Part shown: positions 16,812-26,900 of the stretch, in pieces
How positions within the stretch are numbered: the first letter of the stretch is position 1
Layout of the letters: each line of letters opens with the position of its first letter
From: a virus
Taxonomy: Duplodnaviria > Caudoviricetes
Length of the DNA: 64,000 nucleotides
IMG/VR virus record: IMGVR_UViG_3300027276_000193
Coordinates: 3,323 to 67,322 of that record
Reading direction: 5' to 3' (one strand)
Program-made: the position numbers and the translations under genes
Notes under the pieces: generated by a model
The model's database searches: none
Told to the model about the DNA's origin: nothing
The model's input: the letters and a program-made list of their open reading frames with translations, nothing else

Positions 16812-19800
16812 TTAACCGTTATAAATCAGGGAGAGATTGCCGTTTGTCTGCGGCTCAAAGGCAAAGTGACCAATGATGAGCTTGGACAGGATCTCAGCCT
16901 GCGTGACGTACAGCTTGTTGTTGCTCAGATACGCCACCTCGGTGTCGTTCATGTAGAAGGCCAGCCTGTCGTTCACGACACGGAAGGTGAACGGGTTTCC
17001 GGTCTTTCCGATGACCAGCCCGTTTTCATCAAAGGACATGTAGGTGCGGAAGATGGCCAGTTCTTCTTCGGTGGCCTCATGGGCGTTGGTCAGGTCTTCC
17101 TGCAGCTGATTGATCCGGGTTACGGCCCAGGTAAAATTGCTCTCGGACTGCTGGGACAGGGTGCCGACCTGCGTCTTCACCTGCGACATGTCGCTGGCCA
17201 GAGCGTAGGTGGCCTGCACCTCCTGCCTGATGCTGTCCGCTTCCGTGCTGATCTGCGCCCGAACGGAGGAGAGCTTCAGTTCGAGGTTGGCCTCGCCATC
17301 CTCCGGCGCAGCAGTCCAGTCCGTTGCCCGGTTGCCTTTCTCCAGCTTGATCCAGTGAATGGTGCTGGTGCCCGGATCGGCGTCCCCAGTCGGCTCCCGG
17401 TAAATGAGGATGTCCGCATTATTGGGATCGTCGTCCGGCGTTTTGCCACTGGCATAAGCGGCGGTGAAGGTTGCTTTCACGGTCTGCATGGTGACATCAT
17501 CCAGCCGGATGGTGGCCAGCACCTGATCGCCATCCGAAGTCCGCACGGTGATTCTGCTCAGATCCTCCATGGAGAGGGACATAGAGATGGTATACTCCTC
17601 GTCTGCCGTCATGGGTTCCGAAAGGGCGTATCTGCCGATGAGGTCAGCTGTGCCAGAGGATTCCGTATCGGAATTCAGCACATAGTTCCTGCCGCCGATT
17701 TCCAGATTATCAACGGCTTCCTTCGCTTCATCCGCTTCCACAAAAGCCTCATAGGCAATCTGGGAGACAGTTTTGAAGCCGCTGCTGTAGTATCGGAACA
17801 TGGGATGCTCCGGAGCCAGTACGGCGCTGGTGGCTGTGCTCATCAAGCCGAGCAGGATGTAAGTGTACCCGTCCTCGGTGGTAGGAACCGTCGTTGTCAG
17901 CACCCCGGCAGCAGGCGTCAGCATGGAGCCGTTGAGTGTCCCCTTGATGTACACCGTCGCTCCCGCCGTGCCGGAAAAGCCGGATACGGTATTGGCCAGC
18001 GAGAAGGCGGTGCCCCAGGAGATATAGTTGTTGGTCTGGGTCAGCTTGCCCTCAGCGTAGGCGGTACCGACATACAGAATGGGCTTGGTGACATCAAATG
18101 CCGTGGTAGACAGCAGCATCAGTTTGCCCGCGCTGTTGAACACACCCAGCCGTCCGGCTGCAATCGCGCCGACCGCCGTAACAGAAGCCTTGTAGTTGAT
18201 CCGGTCGTAATAGTTGGTGGTAGTATCCTGGTTCCGGGTGATCCACCAGCCCGTATAGCTGCCGGAGCCGTTAATTGGTGTATTGACCCGGTAGGTCATC
18301 TGGGTTACATTGCCGACAGCGATCTGCGTCGTGCAGCGAGTGGTACCGTTGATGTAGACGTTCTTCGCCCCGGTAATCGCTCCGCCCTTAAGCGTCAGAT
18401 TCAGCGTAGCCGCCGTAGAAGTTCCCGCGAACGGGAGCCAGTACAGAATGGTCTGTCCATCCTTCAGTTCATCGAAGCTGGCCACACCTGTCCACGCATT
18501 GGTGGCAGCTGTCTGGGTGCCGACAATAACCTCCGCGCCTCCGGCGGCGGCAATAGCGTCATAGATCTGTTCAACCGTCTGATTGATGCCCGTATTGCTG
18601 GACAGGTCGAGGGTCTGTCCAAAGTCCGCCGCCACATGAGATGTGGTTAGCGTCCCGGCCTTGATGTTGCTGCCCTCAATGGTAGCGGCGGCGATCTCGT
18701 TGCCTGTGATCGTTCCGGCCAGGATTTCATTGGCGGTAATCGTGTGCGCGGCCAGTTCATTCGCCGTGATGCTGTGCACCACAATCTTGTCCGCTGTGAT
18801 GGTGCGCTCCGTCAGCACATAGCCGTCAATGGTATCAACCTCGGCAGAGACAAGCTCACCCATGTTGTTGATGGCGTAGATCAGGGACTGGTTATTGCCC
18901 CGGATGATCAGGCGCTCCACGGAAAGTGTGCCCGCGTTGATCTTATTGGCGGTGAGCTCTACGATCTTCGCGTCCGTGATGCTGGCATCTGCGATCTGCG
19001 CGGTGCCCACAGCCCCCTGAGCAATCAGGGCGGCGGTAATCGCACCGAGAGCAATCTGCGCCGTATCCACGGCAGCGTTGGCGATCTGCGCATTGGTGAT
19101 TGCCGCCTGCGCAATCTTGGCGGTCGTGACGGCGAGATCAGCGATCTTTGCTCCAGTTACAGCGAGATCGGCGATCTTCGCGGTGACAATTTCGCCGTCG
19201 AGGATTTTGGCCCGCACAATGGCACCATCCTGAATGTTTGCCGTGCCGATGGCCGCTCCATCAATCTTCGCATTGGTAATGGCGGCATCCGCGATCTTGG
19301 CAGTGTCAATCGCACCATTTTCGATTTTCGCGTTTTTGACAGCACCGTCCACGATCTTTGCCGTGGTAATCGCCGCGTCATGGATGTTGGCAGCTTGGAT
19401 TTCTCCCGCGCCGATCTTCGCAGAAGTGATCACGCCATCCTCAATCTGGGCTGCGCCTATGGCCGCTTCACCGATCTTAGCGCGGGTGATAGAAGCGTCG
19501 TCGATCTGGGCTGACCCGATGGCACCCTGGGCAATCTTCGCCCGGACGATGGCGGCATCCTCGATCTGTGCCGTCCCTACAGCGGCTTCACCGATTTTGG
19601 CTTTGCTGATGGCCGCGTCCTGAATGTGCGCGGTTTCGATTGCCGCCATCTGGATCTGGACGGAGCCGACGGAACCGCTCTGCAGAGCGCCCGTGCCCAC
19701 AGAGTTGATCGCCAGCTTGCTTCCGGTGATGATGCCGCTGGGAAGCTGACGGGCGCTGATCACGTTGCCTTCCACTGTATCCGCCACGGTGCCCAGCGTC

Positions 19801-21149
19801 ATCTGGGTATATTTCTTCGTCAGGCAGTCATAGGTGTACTGCGTCATCCGCATGGACACCCAAACCCCGATGCGGGGAGCGATCACCCGGACGGCATCGC
19901 CCAGGTAGATGTTCTGCAGGAAGCCGTATTCCCGGTACTCCTCGGTGTCTGCACAGTTGATAAAGTCCACGCTCAGCGTGACGGTCGGCGTATCGCATCC
20001 CGCGTCAAACTGTGCCTGAGCCTGGGAGCGCATCTCCACATAGCACTGTTCCTTGGTTTTCTTGTCGTCGCCGTCGGTCTTTTCCTTGGCTTCCGATACA
20101 GCGAGGTGAATCCATTTCGGATGGGTATAACTGCCGATGAGCGGACTGTCCAGAAAGAGCTCCGGCAGGTACAGCACGTTGCCGTCCGCGTCCTCGCCCG
20201 TGGGCATGATGCGGGTAACCACGTCCGTCAGGTCAATGTCATAGCTGATGCCCAGCAGGTTCTTTGCTTGCCGGATCTGCACGTTGCTGTCCTGACCGAC
20301 GCGCTTCACCACATACACGTCCCACCAGTCGCGGGTCAGCTCTCCGGTGTACTTCTCGACCACACCGCCTTCGCCCAGCAGGGCATCCACGGGATTGCAG
20401 TTCTCGAACTCCACATCCTCGGCCTGGCTGTCCAGGTCGGAATAGAAGGTGAAGTCGTGCTCCGACAGGCAGGAGGAAGAGATCGTCTGCACAACAGAAG
20501 CCCCCACCGCAGAGGATGAGGGCTTGTAGGATTTGATCATGTTGTCGAGCAAGTCGTAGAACACATGCCGGGCGTAGACCGTGATCTTGTCGAGCTCCGG
20601 CACCACCCGGTAAATGCGGAAGGGCTGATCCCGAAGCTGCCGGGATTCCACCACGGAGGAGGTTTCCTCGGACGCGGAGCCTTCCGTGTGATCCAGAACC
20701 AGGTAGGTAGTGGACATGTACCCGTGCTTTCCATCCGGCGCGGTCACCTCATACCAGCTGCTGTTGGTCTTTGCGATGACCTGCACGAAGGAGCCGTTCT
20801 TATAGGTCGCCAGCACCTTGTACTTGGTGCCCGGCCCGGAGCGCAAGCGCAGGGTGCCTTTCCGGGTTTCCGCGCCGGAAAAGTCCGTGTTCACCCGCCA
20901 GACCTCCGTCCGGTTGTCGTCCCCCGGTGCGGTGAAGTTCACGCGGGGTGTCATGGCGGCGGGCACCGGAGCGCGGAGGATGCATCCCTCCACCAGCCGC
21001 TGCCATTTCCCGGCTTCATCGATGGGATGCACCAGCGTCAGTTCGTATTCGCCGTTCAGCGTTTCCGTAACCTCCGCCGACAACGGTGCCAGGGTGCCGT
21101 TGCCGTTGGTGGAGAAGTCGGTGCAGTCGGCGGGATAGACGCAGATCAT
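16812..21149 (-). CDS. Tail spike / Tal (prophage tail endopeptidase family) with SH3 insertion and TAKIADAAI-type repeats
   Basis: MICVY...GNGTL...ETLNGEYELTLVHPID N-terminus; VVTRIMPTG; C-terminal VAYLSNNKLYVTQAEI. Confidence 0.85.
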   Translation of the reverse strand: MICVYPADCTDFSTNGNGTLAPLSAEVTETLNGEYELTLVHPIDEAGKWQRLVEGCILRAPVPAAMTPRVNFTAPGDDNRTEVWRVNTDFSGAETRKGTLRLRSGPGTKYKVLATYKNGSFVQVIAKTNSSWYEVTAPDGKHGYMSTTYLVLDHTEGSASEETSSVVESRQLRDQPFRIYRVVPELDKITVYARHVFYDLLDNMIKSYKPSSSAVGASVVQTISSSCLSEHDFTFYSDLDSQAEDVEFENCNPVDALLGEGGVVEKYTGELTRDWWDVYVVKRVGQDSNVQIRQAKNLLGISYDIDLTDVVTRIMPTGEDADGNVLYLPELFLDSPLIGSYTHPKWIHLAVSEAKEKTDGDDKKTKEQCYVEMRSQAQAQFDAGCDTPTVTLSVDFINCADTEEYREYGFLQNIYLGDAVRVIAPRIGVWVSMRMTQYTYDCLTKKYTQMTLGTVADTVEGNVISARQLPSGIITGSKLAINSVGTGALQSGSVGSVQIQMAAIETAHIQDAAISKAKIGEAAVGTAQIEDAAIVRAKIAQGAIGSAQIDDASITRAKIGEAAIGAAQIEDGVITSAKIGAGEIQAANIHDAAITTAKIVDGAVKNAKIENGAIDTAKIADAAITNAKIDGAAIGTANIQDGAIVRAKILDGEIVTAKIADLAVTGAKIADLAVTTAKIAQAAITNAQIANAAVDTAQIALGAITAALIAQGAVGTAQIADASITDAKIVELTANKINAGTLSVERLIIRGNNQSLIYAINNMGELVSAEVDTIDGYVLTERTITADKIVVHSITANELAAHTITANEILAGTITGNEIAAATIEGSNIKAGTLTTSHVAADFGQTLDLSSNTGINQTVEQIYDAIAAAGGAEVIVGTQTAATNAWTGVASFDELKDGQTILYWLPFAGTSTAATLNLTLKGGAITGAKNVYINGTTRCTTQIAVGNVTQMTYRVNTPINGSGSYTGWWITRNQDTTTNYYDRINYKASVTAVGAIAAGRLGVFNSAGKLMLLSTTAFDVTKPILYVGTAYAEGKLTQTNNYISWGTAFSLANTVSGFSGTAGATVYIKGTLNGSMLTPAAGVLTTTVPTTEDGYTYILLGLMSTATSAVLAPEHPMFRYYSSGFKTVSQIAYEAFVEADEAKEAVDNLEIGGRNYVLNSDTESSGTADLIGRYALSEPMTADEEYTISMSLSMEDLSRITVRTSDGDQVLATIRLDDVTMQTVKATFTAAYASGKTPDDDPNNADILIYREPTGDADPGTSTIHWIKLEKGNRATDWTAAPEDGEANLELKLSSVRAQISTEADSIRQEVQATYALASDMSQVKTQVGTLSQQSESNFTWAVTRINQLQEDLTNAHEATEEELAIFRTYMSFDENGLVIGKTGNPFTFRVVNDRLAFYMNDTEVAYLSNNKLYVTQAEILSKLIIGHFAFEPQTNGNLSLIYNG

Positions 21150-21171
21150 GGGGTATCACCTCCAGAAAGGT

Positions 21172-21200
21172 AAAAAGAAAGCGCCTCCGAAGAGACGCGC
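21172..21200 (-). terminator. Terminator closing the ars cluster, immediately upstream of the Tal gene
   Basis: Minus strand GCGTCTC-TTCG-GAGGCGC-TTTCTTTTT. Confidence 0.75.
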
Positions 21201-21219
21201 ATGGGAAATTGTCAAAGTA

Positions 21220-21459
21220 TTACTTGATCAGCTTTTCAATATCCGCAGGCTTCAGAACCCTTCCCGCAGATACGACTTTCTCATTGACTACAAGCGCGGG
21301 TGTGGACATGACACCATATCCGGCAATCACACTAAAGTCCGTGATGTACTCGACTTCCGCGTCAATGCCTGCGGCTTTCACCGCTTCCTTTGTGTTGTGC
21401 AGAAGCGTTTCACACTTGCTGCATCCGCCGCCCATGACCTTGATGTTCATCTTGCTCAT
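21220..21459 (-). CDS. Small redox-active disulfide protein (thioredoxin family, ars-associated)
   Basis: IKVMGGGCSKC...GVMSTPALVVNEKVV. Confidence 0.9.
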   Translation of the reverse strand: MSKMNIKVMGGGCSKCETLLHNTKEAVKAAGIDAEVEYITDFSVIAGYGVMSTPALVVNEKVVSAGRVLKPADIEKLIK

Positions 21460-21477
21460 TGTTTTGCCGCCTTTCTT

Positions 21478-22488
21478 TTACAGAAGAATTGTCTGAAACA
21501 GGTTAAACCCGTATCCAACCAGAATGATGCCCAGAGTGCAGATCAGGATGAAGATGCCCAGCAGTTTCGGCTTGATGGCCTTCTTCAGCATGATCATGGA
21601 GGGCAGGCTCAGGGTCGTGACACCCATCATGAAGGCCAGCACCGTACCCAGAAGAGCACCCTTTGCCAGTAAGGCTTCCGCGATGGGGATCGTGCCGAAG
21701 ATGTCCGCATACATGGGAATGCCGACGATAGTCGCCAAGATCACGCCGAAGGGATTGTTCCCGCCGAGCACCGTTTCGATCCAGCTTTCGGGGATCCAGT
21801 TGTGGATCACGGCCCCGATGCCGACGCCCGCCAGGATGTAGAGAAAGACCTTCTTCAGCGTTCCCACGACCTGTTCCTTTGCGTAGTTCAGGCGCTCGGA
21901 CTGCCGCATGCCCTGCTCGTCCTGCACGTTCATGTGGGCGTTCCGGATGAAATCTTCCACCTGATCCTCCAGGTGCATCTGCTCGATGATGCTCCCTCCG
22001 ATCACCGCGACGATCAACCCGGCGATGACATAGACGATGGCGACCTTCGCGCCGAAGATGCTCATCAGCAGTACCAGGGAGCCCAGGTCAACCATGGGCG
22101 ACGAGATCAGGAAGGAGAACGTGACGCCGAGCGGAAGCCCCGCGCTGGTAAAGCCCATGAACAGCGGGATGGAAGAGCAGGAGCAGAAGGGCGTGACCGT
22201 TCCCAGCAGGGCGGCGATCAGGTTGGCCCAGAAGCCGTGAAAGCGCCCCATGATCCTGCGGCTGCGCTCCGGAGGAAAATAACTCTGGATGTAGCTCACG
22301 ATGAAAATCAGGATACACAGAAGGACCGTGATCTTGATCACATCGTACAGGAAAAACTGGATACTGGCTCCGATCCTGCTCTCCATATTCAGCCCGGTCA
22401 GGGACAGCAGGGAGCCTATGGCCCGGTTGAGCCACTTCATCCCCAGCACTTCATTCTGAATGAAATCCCAGATCACGAGCAGCAGCAC
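21478..22488 (-). CDS. arsP: ArsP/DUF318-type permease
   Basis: VTPFCSCSSIPLF and IPMYADIFGTIPIAEALL motifs, multiple TM helices. Confidence 0.85.
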   Translation of the reverse strand: MLLLVIWDFIQNEVLGMKWLNRAIGSLLSLTGLNMESRIGASIQFFLYDVIKITVLLCILIFIVSYIQSYFPPERSRRIMGRFHGFWANLIAALLGTVTPFCSCSSIPLFMGFTSAGLPLGVTFSFLISSPMVDLGSLVLLMSIFGAKVAIVYVIAGLIVAVIGGSIIEQMHLEDQVEDFIRNAHMNVQDEQGMRQSERLNYAKEQVVGTLKKVFLYILAGVGIGAVIHNWIPESWIETVLGGNNPFGVILATIVGIPMYADIFGTIPIAEALLAKGALLGTVLAFMMGVTTLSLPSMIMLKKAIKPKLLGIFILICTLGIILVGYGFNLFQTILL

Positions 22489-22787
22489 CCGCCTTCCGTT
22501 TTACCGTCGCACGTACAGGTGCAGCGGATCGCGTCGATGAAATCCCGGAAGGCTGTCCACTGATCGCAGTTCAGGGAGTAGTAGCTCCATTTCGCCGCTT
22601 TCCTTGCCGTCACCAGTCCGCAGTCGCAGAGGATCTTCATATGATGCGACAGGGTCGGCTGGCCAATCTGCAGCTTTTCCAGCAGATCGCAGCCGCACTT
22701 TTCGCCTTCCGTCAGGAGCTGCACGACTTGCAACCGGTTGGGATCGCCCAGGGCTTTACAGATCGTTGTTGCCCGCATCAATTCCAT
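22473..22787 (-). CDS. arsR: ArsR/SmtB-family repressor
   Basis: CKALGDPNRLQVVQLLTEGEKCGCDL...QPTLSHHMKILCDCGLV; Cys-rich tail. Confidence 0.92.
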   Translation of the reverse strand: MELMRATTICKALGDPNRLQVVQLLTEGEKCGCDLLEKLQIGQPTLSHHMKILCDCGLVTARKAAKWSYYSLNCDQWTAFRDFIDAIRCTCTCDGKTEGGCCCS

Positions 22788-22808
22788 ACTCAACACCTCA
22801 CATTGATT

Positions 22809-22849
22809 GATGTCGATATGATAATACACCTCACATCGACATCTGTCAA
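22809..22849 (-). promoter_or_regulatory. ars promoter with operator palindrome
   Basis: TTGACA(22849-22844)-17 bp-TATTAT(22826-22821); perfect inverted repeat GATGTCGAT(22809-22817)/ATCGACATC(22835-22843). Confidence 0.8.
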
Positions 22850-22876
22850 TATGAAAAACTGCGATTGATGAAATCT

Positions 22877-23575
22877 TTACAAGAATCGCCAGTTCGGCCT
22901 GACGACCACCTTTGTTACCGTTCCCGTCCACGATATGGCATTCGCGCCGGGCTTCAGCCTCGGGAACTCGCCGTTCATGTGATCGTTCATCAGGGTGGTG
23001 CCCTGATAGGCTTCCTGCAGCACGGAGTCAATGACGATGCTCCTGGAAATGTTCTCCAGTTCCACAATGGTCGTGCCGACCATGAGGGTAATATTCCCGG
23101 AGCCTGTGACCGTCAGGATCGGCTCAGAATACACGCTTCCCGGATTCGTGATGATTGTCCCGGATGTAGTGACCGTGATGTCAGCGGCGGCATCGGCATA
23201 GAAAAACGGATAGCAGCGGAAATTGACCGCGAAAGTACAGTGCGGATTCCCCCGGAGCACCTTTTCAAAAGGGATCTGGTTGGCGATCCGCGCTTTGTAG
23301 TAGCCGCCCGTCCGGTTGGCAAAGGTCACCGTGCCGCTGCCCTTCAGCCAGGCGGCGATGGCCGGGATCTGCGCCGGATCAGAGATAAAGCAGGTGGCTG
23401 TCAGGATCATATCGTCGTAGACGTCTTCGCCTTCCAGCTGCGTCAGGCTTCCCGGTCTGCCGGGCACATTGGTCTGGGTGCTGCGCTCAGCGGGAATGGT
23501 GACGGGCGGTTGCTCCGTCACGTGGATGCCGTAGGTGCGGCAGTCCACACCGTTCCAGAGAAAATAGTCCTGCAT
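22877..23575 (-). CDS. Distal tail (Dit)/phage tail family protein
   Basis: YFLWNGVDCRTYG...VPGRPGSLT...NPGSVYSEP...FPRLKPGANAISWTG; follows tape measure. Confidence 0.85.
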   Translation of the reverse strand: MQDYFLWNGVDCRTYGIHVTEQPPVTIPAERSTQTNVPGRPGSLTQLEGEDVYDDMILTATCFISDPAQIPAIAAWLKGSGTVTFANRTGGYYKARIANQIPFEKVLRGNPHCTFAVNFRCYPFFYADAAADITVTTSGTIITNPGSVYSEPILTVTGSGNITLMVGTTIVELENISRSIVIDSVLQEAYQGTTLMNDHMNGEFPRLKPGANAISWTGTVTKVVVRPNWRFL

Positions 23576-23594
23576 GGTATTCCTCCAAAGACGT

Positions 23595-23627
23595 CAAAAG
23601 GCCACCTTTTGACGGGTGGCCCTTTGG
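23595..23627 (-). terminator. Hairpin terminator after DUF4314 gene
   Basis: GCCACC/GGTGGC stem flanked by A/T tracts. Confidence 0.55.
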
Positions 23628-23640
23628 CGGTTGATTGTGA

Positions 23641-23877
23641 TCAGTCGATTCTGCGGATGATGTCGATGCCGTGGATCGCCGCGAGGGTTGAGCCGTTCGA
23701 CCAGGCGACATGAATGCCGCCCGCGTCGTCCACGAACATGACCTCTCCGGTCAGTCCGGGAACCATGTCCTTGCGCGGTTCCTCAAACATCTGGACAAGC
23801 TCCACACGGCATCCGGTCGGATAATCCTCCCGGAGCTTTTTCAGCACTTCCGGCCTGATCTGCATCATGAATCCCAT
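23641..23877 (-). CDS. DUF4314-family protein
   Basis: LREDYPTGCRVELVQM...GLTGEVMFVDDAGGIHVAWSNGSTLAAIHGID. Confidence 0.85.
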   Translation of the reverse strand: MGFMMQIRPEVLKKLREDYPTGCRVELVQMFEEPRKDMVPGLTGEVMFVDDAGGIHVAWSNGSTLAAIHGIDIIRRID

Positions 23878-23906
23878 GGCGTTTCCTCCTTCCGTTGGGG
23901 TAGCAG

Positions 23907-23937
23907 TATTACTCACTCTGCCTGCCCAGAAAGTCAA
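23907..23937 (-). promoter_or_regulatory. Shared promoter motif TTGACTTT-N10-AGAGTGAGTAAT
   Basis: Identical architecture at 1011-1041, 42642-42672, 45296-45326, 47739-47769. Confidence 0.75.
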
Positions 23938-23943
23938 GTTAAA

Positions 23944-26900
23944 TCAGGCCATTCGGAGTCCTTTGCCTCGCTGCTGGCGTTTCGTCAGGGTGGCGATCTC
24001 AATGGCAAGGGAGCGGATATCCTGCTCATCCCGCACATAGAAATTGTTGCCGGACAGGTTGACGGAGCTCGTCTGGTTGTAGGTCTTCCGGTTGTCGTTG
24101 TTTCCGAAGGCAATCGCGCCTTCATTGGCTTCACCCGTCAGGAAGCGGGCGGCATTGCGGATTGTCCGCGCCTGCACACGGCTTTCCTGCAGGACGCCTT
24201 CTCCAAAGCCCTTCATGGTCATGGAGCCGATCTCATCCCGGAATACACGCGAAGGAGAAGCAATCTTCAGTTCTTTCTTGGCGGCGTTCACGGCAGCGCG
24301 GGCTGCGGACTGCATGGCACTGACCACACCGGAGCGCCCGGCGGTAATGCCTGCTTTCAGGCCCGCCATGGCATTGGTGCCGATGGATTTCAGGCTGGTG
24401 GCGGTCAGGCTGCGAGAAACGGCGTTCTTTACATTGGCAGATACCGTTGTGCCAGCGCCGCTCATGTCATAGGCCGTCAGAGCGCCAGCCAGCCCGGCCA
24501 TGGCTCCTGTCCCGGACGGGGTAAGAGATTCAGCGGTCAAAGCGGCGGTGATGGCAGTCTCCAGATTGGTCGCGAGGGTCGCTGCATCCGTAGAAAAGTC
24601 GTAGCCGCCCATGCCTGCGCCGACACCTGCCGCGACATATTCGCCAGCGGGCTTCATGCGCTCAGACGGGCTGTTAATGATCAGCGCGGAGTTAATGGCT
24701 GTCTCCAGGTTGGTGGCCAACGTTTCTGCGCTGGTATCCCATCCGGCGGCGGTCATGCCTTCCGCGATGCCTTCGGTCACATTCTGGCCAACGCCCACGG
24801 AATCCAAGTCCTGCACGAACTGCAGGATCTTCTTCAGGTTGTCAATATCCTCCTGGCCGACCTCCTGACCGCTTTGGATGGCGGTGACAACCTCGGAAAC
24901 GTAGGTAGCCAGCTGGGCCACATTCTCTGGATCGAAGTCGCTGATCATGGACTGGTTCAGCGTCCGCATGATGCCTTCGTTGCCGCCGTAGATGAAGTTG
25001 TACCACTGATCCAGGTCGCCCTTGGCATTCTTGATCCGCTGTTCGGCAGCGTCAATATAATCCATCAGGGATTTGGGCATGATGCCCGTCAGGGCGGTGC
25101 CGATTGCGGTCATGCCCAGCTGATCCACTTCAGCGACCTGTTCCCGCATTTCTGCAATAGCTTCCGGTGCGCCGGTGATCTCCGTGGTCAGCAGGATGTG
25201 CATGGTGCCGTCCTTGTCCAGGATGGCCACATCCTCGGGCCGGAGCATATCAGAGGTGACAGCGGTCACGGGGATTTCTTCGCCGTCCTTCCAGTATTTC
25301 ACCCCGGACTCGCCCAGCACACCGCTGGGATCTTCATACACTTCGGACAGCCGGACGACGCCTTCCACCTCGACCTTGTTGTTCCGCAGCCAGCGGCGGT
25401 AGGCCAGAAGATCATAGCCGGACAGGCCCACCTGCATGTTCAGGGTGGGCTTTTTCACGCCTGCTGCTTCCTTGTATTCCGTGATGTAGGCAGTGAACTC
25501 CCGGAGAAGCTCGGACTTGTCACAGCCCGTCGCCTCGGCGAACTTGGTCACGATGCCTTCCACCTGGGCGGAGGTCAGCGCCGACACATCCACGTTTTCG
25601 GCTTCAGCGTATTTGGTGATCAGGCCAACGACATCAGAGGGCTTCAGAGCAGCGGTGGAAGCGCCGCCTGTAACCTCCTCATAGGCCATGACGAAGGCCG
25701 TCACCGCTTCCGGCGTCAGCCCGGTGGTATCAACCTTGTTGTCCTCCAGGTATTTGAACACATAGGCCGTGATCTCGCTGGGCTTCAGCTGGGTGACGTC
25801 AGTGCCGGATGCCAGTTCCTTATAGGCGCTGACCATGGCGGTCACATTGGTGGGATTCAGCCCGGACACATCGGTGCCCGTGGTGGCTTCGGCATAGGTC
25901 TGCACATAGGCCACCAGCCCGGCAGGCGTAAGCGAAGACTTGTCCGCGCCTTCTGGCTGCTCGGTGTACTTCGCCACAAAGGCATCCACCAGCGGCTGCT
26001 GTTTGGTCGCGTTCTCCGCTTCCGTATATCCCTGAATGACCGCATCCGTGGTGATCGCACCGGGATTGCTGGCCCATTCATTCCAGCGGGCCTGCGCTCC
26101 GGTCATGTCCAGATCGGTGGTGATCTTCAGGACTTCCTCACCGACAGCCTCGCCGAACATCTCGTTCAGGCTGGTCAGGTTGGTGTCCCATTTGTTCTGG
26201 TTCAGGTAGGTCTGGATCGCGGCCAGCTGCTCCAGCGCGGAGGAGAAGTCGATATCCGGGAACATGGCCTGTACCTCGGTTTCCGACATTCCGCTGTCCA
26301 GCAGGGACTGGATCTGGGTCAGCAGCGCGACATATTCCGTCAGAGCACCTTCATCCATGCTGGAGGTCAGCTGGTTCAGCTGCGGCAGGAAGGATTTCTT
26401 CTCAGCGTCAGTAGAAGCCGCGCTGTACTGCCGGAGCAGCTGCATCAGGTCGCCGACCTGTGTTTTTGCGGTCTGGATATCACTCTGCTGCCACACAGGC
26501 ATCACGACGTCGGCCATCAGCTGGGCGTATTCCATGGCAGCAGCCCGGCGGTCACTGTTGTACTTGGCGTTCAGAGCATCCAGTGCCTGCTGACGCTCCG
26601 TGCTGTTCTCAATCAGCTGGATCAGGGCATATTCCTTGTCGTACTGCTCGTCCAGAGAGGAGTTGACGGCGGACATGCCCTCGGCGGCAGCGACCATGGC
26701 GTTTTCATATACTGTTGCGCTGACTTCCTGTCCACGGGCTTCTGCACGGGCCACTTCGGCTTCCACCTTGTTCCGGATGGTGTCGAAGCCGTCTGTGTCG
26801 GCTGCGGACAGGTGGTATTTGACCTCAATGGCCTCGCGGGTGTCGATGAGCTCCTGCAGGCGGACTTTATCGCGTTCCGACAGCTTCCTGTTCTGCTTCT

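Noticed and set aside
18950-19720. TAKIADAAI-type pentapeptide repeats in Tal
   Set aside because: Real but common in tail spikes of this phage group; an ordinary fibre shaft
14541-21149. Diversity-generating retroelement targeting tail genes
   Set aside because: No reverse transcriptase and no TR/VR repeat pair seen in the window
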